Shown here piece by piece: positions 17,036-26,471 of a stretch of DNA of 32,000 bases (the first letter of the stretch is position 1; each line of letters begins with the position of its first letter). The position numbers and the translations under genes are program-made. The stretch is from Polynucleobacter sp. (GTDB lineage: Bacteria; Pseudomonadota; Gammaproteobacteria; Burkholderiales; Burkholderiaceae): NCBI GenBank assembly GCA_964203875.1, contig CAXNNS010000001.1, positions 380,244-412,243 on the forward strand, read 5' to 3'. Under the pieces are notes generated by a model, which saw only the letters and a list, made by a program, of their open reading frames with translations, was not told the origin of the DNA and did no database searches.

Positions 17036-17225
17036 TTGCTAGCTTAATTTCAGATTAGGATTTGGGCGACCAATAACTTATGGCTTTTTAGTTCGCCTAT
17101 TCCTCTGTTCAAACTTAATGGCCTCTTGTAGTAGAGCCTTTTGCTTCTCTTCTTCCTTGTGGCGCTTGATTAAGTCTTTGCCTGTAATGACTTGTTGATC
17201 CTTAAGCAAAGAGTCTAGCGTAGGC

Positions 17226-17438
17226 TTACTCTTCCCAGGGGAATCGTTCACGACTTAGCTCTTCCATAATTTCACTCTTACTCTGCGCAGACTTCTTCGA
17301 ACGATTTGTTCCATACTTTGCCCAATGTTCTCTATCCGCAATAATTTCATCCAGCTCATTCTTATAGTCTTCAGCAAAAGAGGTGAGTTTTTTGGGGTTC
17401 ATTCTCCCCACAAACTCTACGTTAGATTCGTCAGGCAT
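17226..17438 (-). CDS. small charged hypothetical protein, last gene of the Type ISP operon
   Basis: 70-aa ORF whose ATG lies 3 nt after the helicase stop codon. I recognise no family. Confidence 0.55.
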   Translation of the reverse strand: MPDESNVEFVGRMNPKKLTSFAEDYKNELDEIIADREHWAKYGTNRSKKSAQSKSEIMEELSRERFPWEE

Positions 17439-17441
17439 AAA

Positions 17442-18872
17442 TTAGTTAATTAAAGCCTCATAGAATCTTTTAATTGCAGGCTCGCAACGAACATCATTTA
17501 CTTTTATTGGGCGTTTTAGTCTTATTCCGCTCAAAGTCCGACATCTACTTAAGGCAACATAAACTTGCCCAGAGGCAAAAGCGCCTGCGGAGAGATCAAC
17601 ATTTACTTGATCCATTGTCTTGCCCTGGCTTTTGTGGATAGTGACGGCCCAAGCAAGCATCAAGGGAATTTGCTGATAGCTGCCAATTACTATTGGACTA
17701 ATTTTTCCAGTAGTTGAATCGAGTTCGTATTTGTAAGACTCCCACTTATGGCTATGCACATCAACAATGTTTGAATCAGTCTCAGTCTTAATTTCGACCC
17801 TCACAGACTCTCCAGTAAATTCCCTAACTATTCCTATAGTTCCATTTACCCATCGCTTTGGCATCGCCTTATCGTTGGCAGTAAACATTACGTGAGCCCC
17901 AACTTTTAACGTTAAATTCATTGGAGAGGGGAGATTGCGCTCATCCACATTAAATTTGCCATCAAGCAACCCTACAAACATAGTTGGAGAGTTTGAAATG
18001 GCATCCAACTCTTCTTCATTGATTGCATCCGCCCTAGCATTTGTAGTTGTAAGAGTTATGGCATAGGGGCTATTCAACTCCTGCTTTTCGAAGCACTCTC
18101 TGTTAAGAGTTTCAATGGCGACATCTATATCTTCATTAACTCGGATGTGATTGAGGATATCGGTAAATTCTCTATCTTTTTGACGGAAGATTTTTTGCAA
18201 TTCAATCATCGTCATTTCTTTGCCACTCAAGGCCATAGCGTTAAAGAAGTGGGCTTGCTCATAGCCCCTCTCTCTTAATAGCTCCATTTCGCTTGTATTA
18301 ATTACTGGCGGTAACTGGAAAAGATCACCAACAAACATAATCTGAACCCCGCCAAAAGGTTTGCCCTGTTGCGGACCATTCGCACGAAGAAACAGATCAA
18401 TAGCATCTACGATATCAGCCCTCACCATTGATATCTCATCAATGATTAATAAACGAATGCCCTCATACATTCGCCTATCTTTAACGACCTTAATGTCCTC
18501 TTCGGGGAAAATAATCCTCGGCGGCAAACGGAAGAAAGAGTGAATTGTTGCCCCCTTAACCTGAAGAGCGGCAACTCCAGTAGGCGCAACGACAACCACA
18601 TTACCAGCAACCTTGTCTCGTAAATACCCAATAAGTGTGGTTTTGCCCGTCCCCGCTTTACCGCTTACAAAGATAAAAGGATCGTGCGCATTAATGGCTT
18701 TAATTACCTCTTCGTAATCTGGAGTGACCTCGATCTCTTCGATGCTTTGAGTCGAGACTTCACTGGCGACGCCATGAGACTTAATCGGCGCCTTCAACGA
18801 AGCCTTTCTTAGCTCATCTACATTAGCCTTTTTTGAGCCAACAAATTCTTCAAGTTTCTTTAGGAAGCTCAT
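17442..18872 (-). CDS. SF1 PIF1/RecD-like DNA helicase
   Basis: 476-aa ORF with motifs GKAGTGKTT, VVVVAPTGVAAL, LLIIDEISMV, FVGDLFQLPPV, VTIHKSQGKT and YVALSRCR. Confidence 0.85.
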   Translation of the reverse strand: MSFLKKLEEFVGSKKANVDELRKASLKAPIKSHGVASEVSTQSIEEIEVTPDYEEVIKAINAHDPFIFVSGKAGTGKTTLIGYLRDKVAGNVVVVAPTGVAALQVKGATIHSFFRLPPRIIFPEEDIKVVKDRRMYEGIRLLIIDEISMVRADIVDAIDLFLRANGPQQGKPFGGVQIMFVGDLFQLPPVINTSEMELLRERGYEQAHFFNAMALSGKEMTMIELQKIFRQKDREFTDILNHIRVNEDIDVAIETLNRECFEKQELNSPYAITLTTTNARADAINEEELDAISNSPTMFVGLLDGKFNVDERNLPSPMNLTLKVGAHVMFTANDKAMPKRWVNGTIGIVREFTGESVRVEIKTETDSNIVDVHSHKWESYKYELDSTTGKISPIVIGSYQQIPLMLAWAVTIHKSQGKTMDQVNVDLSAGAFASGQVYVALSRCRTLSGIRLKRPIKVNDVRCEPAIKRFYEALIN

Positions 18873-18883
18873 TACCCAAAAGG

Positions 18884-21800
18884 CTATATGTCTAATTTTG
18901 GCAGGCTATTAACAATCTTCATTGTCTCTAAGCTAACCGTAATGACACGTTGATATAGCTTTAATGGATATGCTGGGTCATGCATTGTTTCTAAGGCCCA
19001 ATTATTTGCGTCATTCACAATGCCGCTATCTTTATGGGCTGTCACAGTCTGGCGCTCCATAACCCACTCCAAGGCTGGTCTTCCATTAATTATGTAATCA
19101 TAGGCTTCGAGTGGTATGCCTGCGATTGTAATTGCGTCGTTATAAATTACTTTCGTCTTATCGGACTTGCTTGCATACTTCATCTTACTTACTCTGTAGT
19201 GTGTATCCTTAGATAGAGTTTTATCAATAATCTCCACCGGATATGGATCAACAAATTCATATCCAATATGTAAGGCTGTTAGTTTTTTACCAGCTTCAAC
19301 AAAATCAATAAACGTAGAATATTTTTTTACGGCAGGTATGCGAGGAAGTTCCTTGCTTAAATTATCTGCGAATCTTTTTCTATAATCTTTGGAGTGCATT
19401 AATCCATACACGTAGTAGAAAAGCTGCTCTTTAGTAATAGACTCATTTGAATAATATTTTCTGAAATGATCTAGACCAGCATTCGTTATCCCATCTATTT
19501 CTTGGTAGCCATTTATCAAATTCTCCTCTGAATCATGAAGCCCAAAAAGATCTGCGTGAGAATTTTGATGATTTTCAGATTTTTCAATACGTTTATAAAG
19601 CTTGAAAGGGAAACATTGCGCGCCAGCCTCTAACATATTTAAATCGGGCAATGTATCTGACATGATTACAGATATTCCATTCCGACTACCAATTCCATTT
19701 ACGCATATAACTAAATTTTTAGCCTCTGGATACGGAAATATCGAAGGCATTTGATACCTTCGCTGATTCAAGTTTTTATTGAAATAAACCCATTGCTTTG
19801 AAAAGGGTCTATACATAGATTTTGTTATTGATTCTGGCTGAAATTCAATCTCAGTTTGTCGCGCTAAATCAGCCTTCAACGTATCAGTCCAGCTGATTTT
19901 TGTTGTATCTATATCAATAAATTTATTGATATCTGGGAGGCTCTTCTTATCTAGTCCTTTAGTTTCAATCTTAAGCTTGTTAAGCTGACTCCTATAGAAC
20001 TCCAACATTTTTAGTATATTTTTTTCTAATTGAAGTCTCGAAGAGTTATAGCACCATGCATCTCTATTTGTAGCAACTCCTAGAGAAAAATTTTCAAACA
20101 TTGCAACTTTAGAGGGATCTTTTTTATTTCCCAAACAAATATATTCAGCAAATGAATCGTCACGCTTATTAATCCAGTCGCCATATTTATCAGGCACAAC
20201 TTCATCCCAGGCTTCGCTAGCAGTAATCCCTTCTAAACTATTAAAGCTTCTAATTTTTTCTAATTTCTCATCAAGAGAAAGATCATTTCCAATATCGTGA
20301 TAGTAGATTTTTCCGTGCTCTATAGCTTCATCATTCTTAACCAAGATTGATATTGCTATGCCGGTCATACTTCCGCTATCAAATATATTTTGCCCTTCAC
20401 CAGCTGCGCCCTTGCTGAGCATATTTTTTCTGATATCACCTCGTAAATTAAAAATATAGAGGTTTGAAAATTCTTCAGACAAGCATTTTCTCATTCCATC
20501 CATTGCAGGCTTTTCAATAAAACTACTGCCTGAGACATAACCTACAACGCCTTTAGTTTTTAATCTATCACTTGCCCAACGGATCGCTCGAATATAACTA
20601 TCGTCCAAATTTGCTTTGAAAGTTGCAGTCGAATGCTCTTTATACGTTTCACGAATGCGCCTGTCTAGGTATGGATATTCAGTATTCTGGTTATTATCAT
20701 TCTCACTTTTTTGACCCGCAGAATAAGGGGGGTTGCCCATAATTACTCTTATATCCAGGGCCTTTTGCTTTTTTCTTCTTCCACTGTTATCGCTTATCTC
20801 AGGAGATGCTAAGTCCTCCTTCTCATAAAGAGCAAAAGTATCAGTTAAACAAATTCCATCAAATGGAACATATTCACCGCCAACTGTTGCGTGATAAACC
20901 TGCTCAATGTTGATTGCTGCGATGTAATAAGCAAGTAAAACAATTTCATTTGCATGTATCTCATTCTGATACTTGTAGGCTAATTGCTCTTTGCTTATTA
21001 GTCCACTCTGAATTAGCCGAGTTATAAATGTTCCGGTTCCTGTAAATGGGTCCAAGATATGAACATTCTTATCCCCCAATGCCTGATTAAATTCGTGTCG
21101 CAATACATCATTAATGCTATGAATGATGAAATCTACCACTTCTACGGGGGTGTAAACGATTCCCAACTTTTCCGTCATTTTAGGAAATGCATTCCTAAAA
21201 AACTTATCGTAAAGCTCAACAATAATTTTTTGTTTGGCTCCAAGATCATCAATGCCTTGAGCTCGCATCTTCACACTTGCATAAAACTTTTCTAAAGTAT
21301 CAACTTCCTTGTCTAGGCTATGCTCATTAAGAGCATTTAGAACTCCTTGCATAGCCTTGGATACAGGGTTATGTTGCGCAAAACTATAGCCCTCAAAAAG
21401 CGCATCAAATACTGGTTTAGTAATAATGTGCTGAGCCAGCATTTCAATAGCCTCTTCACGGCTAATGCTGTCATTAAGATCTTCTTTTAGCTCTTTTAGA
21501 AATTTATTGAATGCCTTTATCTCAGTTTTATTTTCAGCGTTATCTAATATTGCAGTAATACGACTTATGTGAGTCTGAGCAATCTTTGCAATATCTTTCG
21601 CCCAATCGTCCCAATAAAAACGGTTGCCACATTTCTGCACCACCTTAGCCATAATGGCGCGCTCAATCTCACCAATTTCAATATTGAGCTCTGCCTGCTT
21701 AGGATCTTGGTAATTTTGAGGCGATGAACCAATCACGCTGCCTTTAGCCTTTTTGATCTTTGGCTTGCCTTTACCAGCCTCTGCACCGCCGCCTTCAGGT

Positions 21801-23854
21801 TTCTTTTTAGGACTTATTTTGTCTGTGATCGCAATCACTTCCATCTTGGATCTATCTTGACCAGCTAAATCCAACTTATTAATCATTGCATCAAAGCGGT
21901 CATCATGGGAGCGCAGAGCCTGCAAAACCTCCCAAACAACCTTGTAACTCTTGTTGTCATTCAACGCTTCCTCAGGACTCATGCCTGTTGGAATAACAAC
22001 TGGAAGAATTACATAACCAAGCTGTTTTTTGCTATCTTTTGGTTTACGCATTACACGACCAACAGACTGCACAACATCAACTTGTGAATTTCTTGGGGTT
22101 AGAAATAAAACAGCGTCCAAAGCAGGAACATCAACGCCCTCAGATAGGCAGCGGACATTACTCAGAACACGGCAAGTATTTTCAGGAAGTTCGGCTTTTA
22201 ACCAATCGAGCTTTTCTTCTTTTTGTGCAGCATTCATGCTGCCATCAACGTGAGCAGCTTCACAAATTAACTGACTAACTGCATCCTCATGCTCTGGATT
22301 TTCTTTGATTAAAGCCGCGCGATACTCATCAACTACTTTTTGGAACATGCCTGCAATATTTTTACTACTGACCTTATGGGTCTTGGCGCCTTTATTAATC
22401 TCAATAACTTGGCAGAAAGCAACAGCTCTCTTCATGGGCTCTGGATCAAGCTCTAAATCTACTTGTGTATCTTGCTTGGATAGGGCTCTCCAACACCCAA
22501 CAATTTTTGCAGCATCATCTACACGTAAGCTATTATTTTCGTCCGCCAATACTTTTTGTAGATTTTTGCTGATGTGGTCTTCGCTGACGGTAAGAACAAT
22601 AACCTTGTAATCAACCAATATCCCACGCTTAACCGCCTCAGAGAAAGAGAGTGTATGTAACGTCTTTCCATACTGCTCTTCATTGTCCATGTCATATAGA
22701 ACAATGCTGTCATTCTCAGCCTTAGCTTTAGCTGCAACACCATAAACTCTTGGTGTTGCTGTCATATAGATGCGTTTTTTAGATTTAATGAAATCTGCGT
22801 TGTGTATTTTTACAAAGGCAGATTCATCTTCTCCATCGTAAATAGCGCCAGTTGTCCTATGCGCCTCATCACAAATGATTAAATCAAAGCCTGGTAACTC
22901 ATTTTTCTTTTGCGCATCCGAAATTACTTGAATTGAATGGTAGGTTGAGAAGATGACATTCAGATGTTCATCATCTTTACGTTTATTAAATTCGTTGGCT
23001 AAAGCTTTTGGATTGGTTGTAGCGGGATAACGAAGTTCATGCACCAACATCTGATAGTCATCATCTTTGTCGCGCTTCTTACCAACTTCGCTATCAGAAC
23101 AGACAGCAAAGCTATGCATCGGCAGGGTGGACTCCTGAGTCCACTCAGTGAGCGTCTGCGACAACAGTGAAAGTGATGGAACTAGAAATAGAACTCTTCC
23201 GCCTTTCCCTGCAACTTCTTCAGCCAATCTCAAGGCTGTAAAAGTTTTACCAGTGCCACAAGCCATAATCAGCTTGCCTCTGTCAGCGGTTTCTAGTCCA
23301 TAACTCACATTCTGAATGGCATTACGCTGATAATCTCTAATGCTTTTTGGCTCTTGCAGAACAACTTCTTTTTTCTTAAAAGTTTCTGCCCAATTTATTT
23401 TGCTATTCTCGAGGTCGCTGAGCGTTATCTTCTGCGTCGGGGTATTTTGCCCTTGCATCGCATCGTCTACGTGATGGCTGACATTATCTGTTGTCAAAAT
23501 TAACAAACGTTGTGTAAAGGGTTTTTTACCTGATGCTGTAAAAAACGAATCAATGTGTCGTTTGTAAAGTGTAGTTTCAGAATCGTAAAATTTTGCCTGA
23601 ATTGCGTGATACTCATTGGTCTGTTTTGTTCTCGCAACTAAATCAATACCAGTATCTGTACCAGGATCAGAATTGCCATGCTCTATCCAATATTTACGCC
23701 AGTCTTCCCACAACCAAACAGCCTCATATAGATCTTTATATTTCGGCTCATTTTCAAAATAGATCTTTGAGAGATTTTCAAAATAATTACCTTTCTCCCT
23801 TTCTGATTGTGAGGAGGCACGAAAGGTATCTAAAACATCTCTTAATGCGGTCAT
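18884..23854 (-). CDS. Type ISP-like single-polypeptide restriction-modification enzyme (nuclease, SF2 motor, N6-adenine MTase, TRD)
   Basis: 1656-aa ORF. It has an Mrr/PD-(D/E)xK-like N-terminus (GIDLVA...IQAKFY). The SF2 motor motifs are MACGTGKT, IICDEAHR, YMTATPR, LSEGVDVP and QSVGRVMR. The gamma-class methyltransferase motifs are ILDPFTGTGTF and IMGNPPYS. A C-terminal specificity-like region contains YRPFSKQWVYF. Confidence 0.85.
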   Translation of the reverse strand: MTALRDVLDTFRASSQSEREKGNYFENLSKIYFENEPKYKDLYEAVWLWEDWRKYWIEHGNSDPGTDTGIDLVARTKQTNEYHAIQAKFYDSETTLYKRHIDSFFTASGKKPFTQRLLILTTDNVSHHVDDAMQGQNTPTQKITLSDLENSKINWAETFKKKEVVLQEPKSIRDYQRNAIQNVSYGLETADRGKLIMACGTGKTFTALRLAEEVAGKGGRVLFLVPSLSLLSQTLTEWTQESTLPMHSFAVCSDSEVGKKRDKDDDYQMLVHELRYPATTNPKALANEFNKRKDDEHLNVIFSTYHSIQVISDAQKKNELPGFDLIICDEAHRTTGAIYDGEDESAFVKIHNADFIKSKKRIYMTATPRVYGVAAKAKAENDSIVLYDMDNEEQYGKTLHTLSFSEAVKRGILVDYKVIVLTVSEDHISKNLQKVLADENNSLRVDDAAKIVGCWRALSKQDTQVDLELDPEPMKRAVAFCQVIEINKGAKTHKVSSKNIAGMFQKVVDEYRAALIKENPEHEDAVSQLICEAAHVDGSMNAAQKEEKLDWLKAELPENTCRVLSNVRCLSEGVDVPALDAVLFLTPRNSQVDVVQSVGRVMRKPKDSKKQLGYVILPVVIPTGMSPEEALNDNKSYKVVWEVLQALRSHDDRFDAMINKLDLAGQDRSKMEVIAITDKISPKKKPEGGGAEAGKGKPKIKKAKGSVIGSSPQNYQDPKQAELNIEIGEIERAIMAKVVQKCGNRFYWDDWAKDIAKIAQTHISRITAILDNAENKTEIKAFNKFLKELKEDLNDSISREEAIEMLAQHIITKPVFDALFEGYSFAQHNPVSKAMQGVLNALNEHSLDKEVDTLEKFYASVKMRAQGIDDLGAKQKIIVELYDKFFRNAFPKMTEKLGIVYTPVEVVDFIIHSINDVLRHEFNQALGDKNVHILDPFTGTGTFITRLIQSGLISKEQLAYKYQNEIHANEIVLLAYYIAAINIEQVYHATVGGEYVPFDGICLTDTFALYEKEDLASPEISDNSGRRKKQKALDIRVIMGNPPYSAGQKSENDNNQNTEYPYLDRRIRETYKEHSTATFKANLDDSYIRAIRWASDRLKTKGVVGYVSGSSFIEKPAMDGMRKCLSEEFSNLYIFNLRGDIRKNMLSKGAAGEGQNIFDSGSMTGIAISILVKNDEAIEHGKIYYHDIGNDLSLDEKLEKIRSFNSLEGITASEAWDEVVPDKYGDWINKRDDSFAEYICLGNKKDPSKVAMFENFSLGVATNRDAWCYNSSRLQLEKNILKMLEFYRSQLNKLKIETKGLDKKSLPDINKFIDIDTTKISWTDTLKADLARQTEIEFQPESITKSMYRPFSKQWVYFNKNLNQRRYQMPSIFPYPEAKNLVICVNGIGSRNGISVIMSDTLPDLNMLEAGAQCFPFKLYKRIEKSENHQNSHADLFGLHDSEENLINGYQEIDGITNAGLDHFRKYYSNESITKEQLFYYVYGLMHSKDYRKRFADNLSKELPRIPAVKKYSTFIDFVEAGKKLTALHIGYEFVDPYPVEIIDKTLSKDTHYRVSKMKYASKSDKTKVIYNDAITIAGIPLEAYDYIINGRPALEWVMERQTVTAHKDSGIVNDANNWALETMHDPAYPLKLYQRVITVSLETMKIVNSLPKLDI

Positions 23855-23928
23855 ATTTGGCTATTTTGTCAATTTAAGTATTCCATTAGATTACCATGCG
23901 ACCTTATCAAATTACCCTTTACTTACAA

Positions 23929-23947
23929 GCGTCTAGTTGCTGGACGC
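23929..23947. repeat. island palindrome, copy 5 (consensus)
   Basis: gcgtctagttgctggacgc sits in the divergent region between the Type ISP gene and the 24049 gene. Confidence 0.7.
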
Positions 23948-24048
23948 TCATACAAAATTAGCAATTTATTCAACATTTTTTAACAGGCTCACTTAATGAG
24001 CCTATAACCCTCTAATCTCCTTCTCAAGACCACATTTAGGAGATAGTC

Positions 24049-24363
24049 ATGAAATACCTACTCACCATATTTCTGCTTGCCCAAGCAGCCCTATACGCAC
24101 AAAAGAGCTTTGCTCAAGTTACTAATTTAGATAACTCGCCCTACAACATGCAAAACAGCCAATACAACATGGATAACTCACCCTACAACATGCGCAATAG
24201 TCCATACAACATGGATAACAGCGCATATAACGCCAGCGCCAAGAATGGGGTTTATGACAACTCAGGCAATCGAGTCGGCTATGAAGTTAAGGCGCCCAGT
24301 GGCGTAACCAACTACTTTGACAACTCAGGCAATCGAATTGGCTACACACCCTGGAAGAGATAG
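24049..24363 (+). CDS. secreted Asn/Tyr-rich repeat protein
   Basis: 104-aa ORF with a signal peptide (MKYLLTIFLLAQAALYAQKSFAQ) and an AGGAG sequence upstream. It has five heptad repeats (x-NSPYNM), encoded by 5 x 21 bp at 24130-24234, plus a duplicated DNSGNR(V/I)GY motif. Confidence 0.65.
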   Translation: MKYLLTIFLLAQAALYAQKSFAQVTNLDNSPYNMQNSQYNMDNSPYNMRNSPYNMDNSAYNASAKNGVYDNSGNRVGYEVKAPSGVTNYFDNSGNRIGYTPWKR

Positions 24364-24367
24364 CGAC

Positions 24368-24616
24368 ATGCTTTTTAGCGCAATCATTCTTAGTTTTGTG
24401 ATGCCTATGCAAGTTTCTATGGGCAATCCTAAATTTGAGCCCTTCATTGTTAAAGCAACAGTCGACGCAGCCGTTCTTATTGGCCTTCCATCTTCGAAAG
24501 CAGCAAGGAAATATGCCCTACAAGCGCAAAAGCCTGAATTCTTAATGGTAGAAGCGCTTTTGGTATCAGAACCCGTTAACTGGAGAAGGCTGTACTTTAG
24601 AAAGCTTTTCTCTTGA
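24368..24616 (+). CDS. possible small hypothetical protein
   Basis: 82-aa ORF from the ATG at 24368. No clear Shine-Dalgarno sequence and weak coding evidence. Confidence 0.3.
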   Translation: MLFSAIILSFVMPMQVSMGNPKFEPFIVKATVDAAVLIGLPSSKAARKYALQAQKPEFLMVEALLVSEPVNWRRLYFRKLFS

Positions 24617-24677
24617 TAGGCTCATTTTGTGAGCCAGTACAGTAACATTCAAGCATCTAAGTTAAAAGGAAGCCGCC

Positions 24678-25646
24678 ATGGGTGATGTGGAGCGCTTACA
24701 CAAAATTAAGTACATGATTCAGGCACGTCAATGCGTTCCGCTGAATGACTTTCTCAATGAACTCGAAATATCAAAAGCGACATTCAAAAGAGATCTTGAA
24801 TATCTACGAAGCAGAATGAATGCCTCCATTGTTTACGACCGATTCAAGGGTGGTTATTGCTTTGATGGACAAGTCGTTGGCGAAAAGATTGAGTTACCTG
24901 GTTTATGGTTTTCCGAAAAAGAAGCTACTGCACTAGTTCTCATGCAACACCTTCTATCAGGCTTAGATAAGGGGGGCTTAATTGAACCCCACATTGCTCC
25001 GCTTACCTCAATCATTGATGGCATTCTTGGACAGAGCAATACGCCAGCCAAAGAGCTACGCAAAAGACTAAAAGTATTTGGGATGTCTGCCCGTAAAGGT
25101 TCTATTGAGAACTTCGAGGAAATAGGAAGCGCACTACTAAAGCGCAACCGATTACAAATTACATACTATGCCCGCGGCACCAATGAAACTACTGAGCGTG
25201 AAACATCACCTCAACGGCTAATCTTTTATAGAGACAACTGGTACTTAGATGCTTACTGCCATTTGCGAAAAGACTTAAGAAGCTTTGCTCTTGATGGCAT
25301 CAGCAAAGCAATGATTACGAATACAAAGTCAGAAGAGATTTCTGAAAAACAATTGCATGAACACTTTGCTGAAAGTTATGGAATTTTCTCAGGCAAAGCG
25401 AATCAAAGGGCTAAGCTAAAGTTCTCTCCCGAGAAAGCAAGATGGGTAAGTAGTGAAACATGGCATGGTCAACAAGTGGGCACTTTCGATAAAAAAGGCA
25501 ATTACCTTTTGGAGTTTGATTACAACCAAGATCCTGAGCTTGTCATGGATATATTGAAATATGGGTCGGGGGTTGAGGTTTTAGCGCCAGCTAGCTTACG
25601 CAAGTGCGTTAAAGATGAGCTTGCCAATGCATTGGGTAATTATTGA
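24678..25646 (+). CDS. WYL-domain transcriptional regulator (BrxR/CapW-like architecture)
   Basis: 322-aa ORF with an N-terminal wHTH (ISKATFKRDLEYLRS), a central WYL domain (FYRDNWYLDAYCH) and a C-terminal extension. AAGGAAG lies upstream of the ATG. Confidence 0.85.
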   Translation: MGDVERLHKIKYMIQARQCVPLNDFLNELEISKATFKRDLEYLRSRMNASIVYDRFKGGYCFDGQVVGEKIELPGLWFSEKEATALVLMQHLLSGLDKGGLIEPHIAPLTSIIDGILGQSNTPAKELRKRLKVFGMSARKGSIENFEEIGSALLKRNRLQITYYARGTNETTERETSPQRLIFYRDNWYLDAYCHLRKDLRSFALDGISKAMITNTKSEEISEKQLHEHFAESYGIFSGKANQRAKLKFSPEKARWVSSETWHGQQVGTFDKKGNYLLEFDYNQDPELVMDILKYGSGVEVLAPASLRKCVKDELANALGNY

Positions 25647-25665
25647 GCGTCTAGTTGCTGGACGC
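25647..25665. repeat. island palindrome, copy 6 (consensus)
   Basis: gcgtctagttgctggacgc starts on the base after the WYL gene's stop codon. Confidence 0.7.
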
Positions 25666-25700
25666 TAAATACTTATTACGAGATGGAATTAGAATAAATC

Positions 25701-26405
25701 ATGCCTATCTCCATAGATATTAATTTTGACTTTAGGTCAGATACTCCGCCAGGAAAGGATCCCGATAGCTATAGCTCAACACTTCGCTCTTACCATCGGC
25801 GCCTTTGGAGCAAACCTCTGCCTAATGGCAAGCCGTTTGAGCTAATTGACTCCAAAGAAGGGGCTTATCTTTATCACCACTCTGAGTTAGGTGAATTTTT
25901 CTTATCCAGTGACTCTGCAATACACAGCTTCAGCAAGTGGGCAAGCATGGCTCACATCATTAGCCAATTTAGGAATGGTGAGGTTGAGGCATTTAAATCT
26001 CTTGGATATACGATCGGCGGCATGATAATTTTTCCAGGAAACCGAATAGATGGGAAGGCGACTATCAATGGGGCTAGAGGTTTTCATCCTCTAATAAGGG
26101 ATCGAATTGACCTAACCCTGGAATGCATAAGATGCCATTACAAAAATGAAAGCAGCCCACTTGAAGATACGCTGTCACGCTATAGTGATTTCTTCGCCCT
26201 GTTTGATAGCTTCAAGGGGTATGTGGACTTCTTCTTATTGAATGACTTAGTGAGTAAAGACTATTCAGAGATTGGGTTTTTCATGCCTTTTGAGAATTTT
26301 AAAACTCCTGCCGTTCCCAAAACTTTTGACTCCTACTGCGGCTACAAAGACTTAGCCATGAGCTTTGTTAATAAAAGAAATCAGCGCATTCTTTCATCCA
26401 TATAG
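25701..26405 (+). CDS. hypothetical 234-aa protein downstream of the WYL regulator
   Basis: Clean ATG ORF 54 nt after the WYL gene on the same strand. No signal peptide or transmembrane segment. I see no catalytic motif I can name. Confidence 0.7.
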   Translation: MPISIDINFDFRSDTPPGKDPDSYSSTLRSYHRRLWSKPLPNGKPFELIDSKEGAYLYHHSELGEFFLSSDSAIHSFSKWASMAHIISQFRNGEVEAFKSLGYTIGGMIIFPGNRIDGKATINGARGFHPLIRDRIDLTLECIRCHYKNESSPLEDTLSRYSDFFALFDSFKGYVDFFLLNDLVSKDYSEIGFFMPFENFKTPAVPKTFDSYCGYKDLAMSFVNKRNQRILSSI

Positions 26406-26471
26406 TCTCTAAGGCTCATTTTATGAGCCCTTGATAGTGGATTATTTAGATCATTAATAGGGAGAAATTCT

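Noticed and set aside
17040-17225. Possible gene in the 215-bp gap between the 70-aa gene and Int3
   Set aside because: Only a 44-codon TTG-initiated frame is present, with no ATG and no Shine-Dalgarno sequence. I treated the gap as non-coding spacer containing palindrome copy 4.
17226-23854. BREX or DISARM assignment for the methyltransferase-helicase cluster
   Set aside because: There are no PglZ, BrxA/B/C/L, DrmB (DUF1998) or PLD-type genes. The nuclease, motor, methyltransferase and TRD are fused in one polypeptide, which fits Type ISP instead.
19034-23877. Several 60-101-aa ORFs inside or antisense to the Type ISP gene (for example 19034, 21059, 21905, 22029, 22039, 22305, 22519, 23593)
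   Set aside because: All are embedded in a 4.97-kb ORF with continuous recognisable domains. They are typical shadow ORFs of an AT-rich gene, and none shows a motif.
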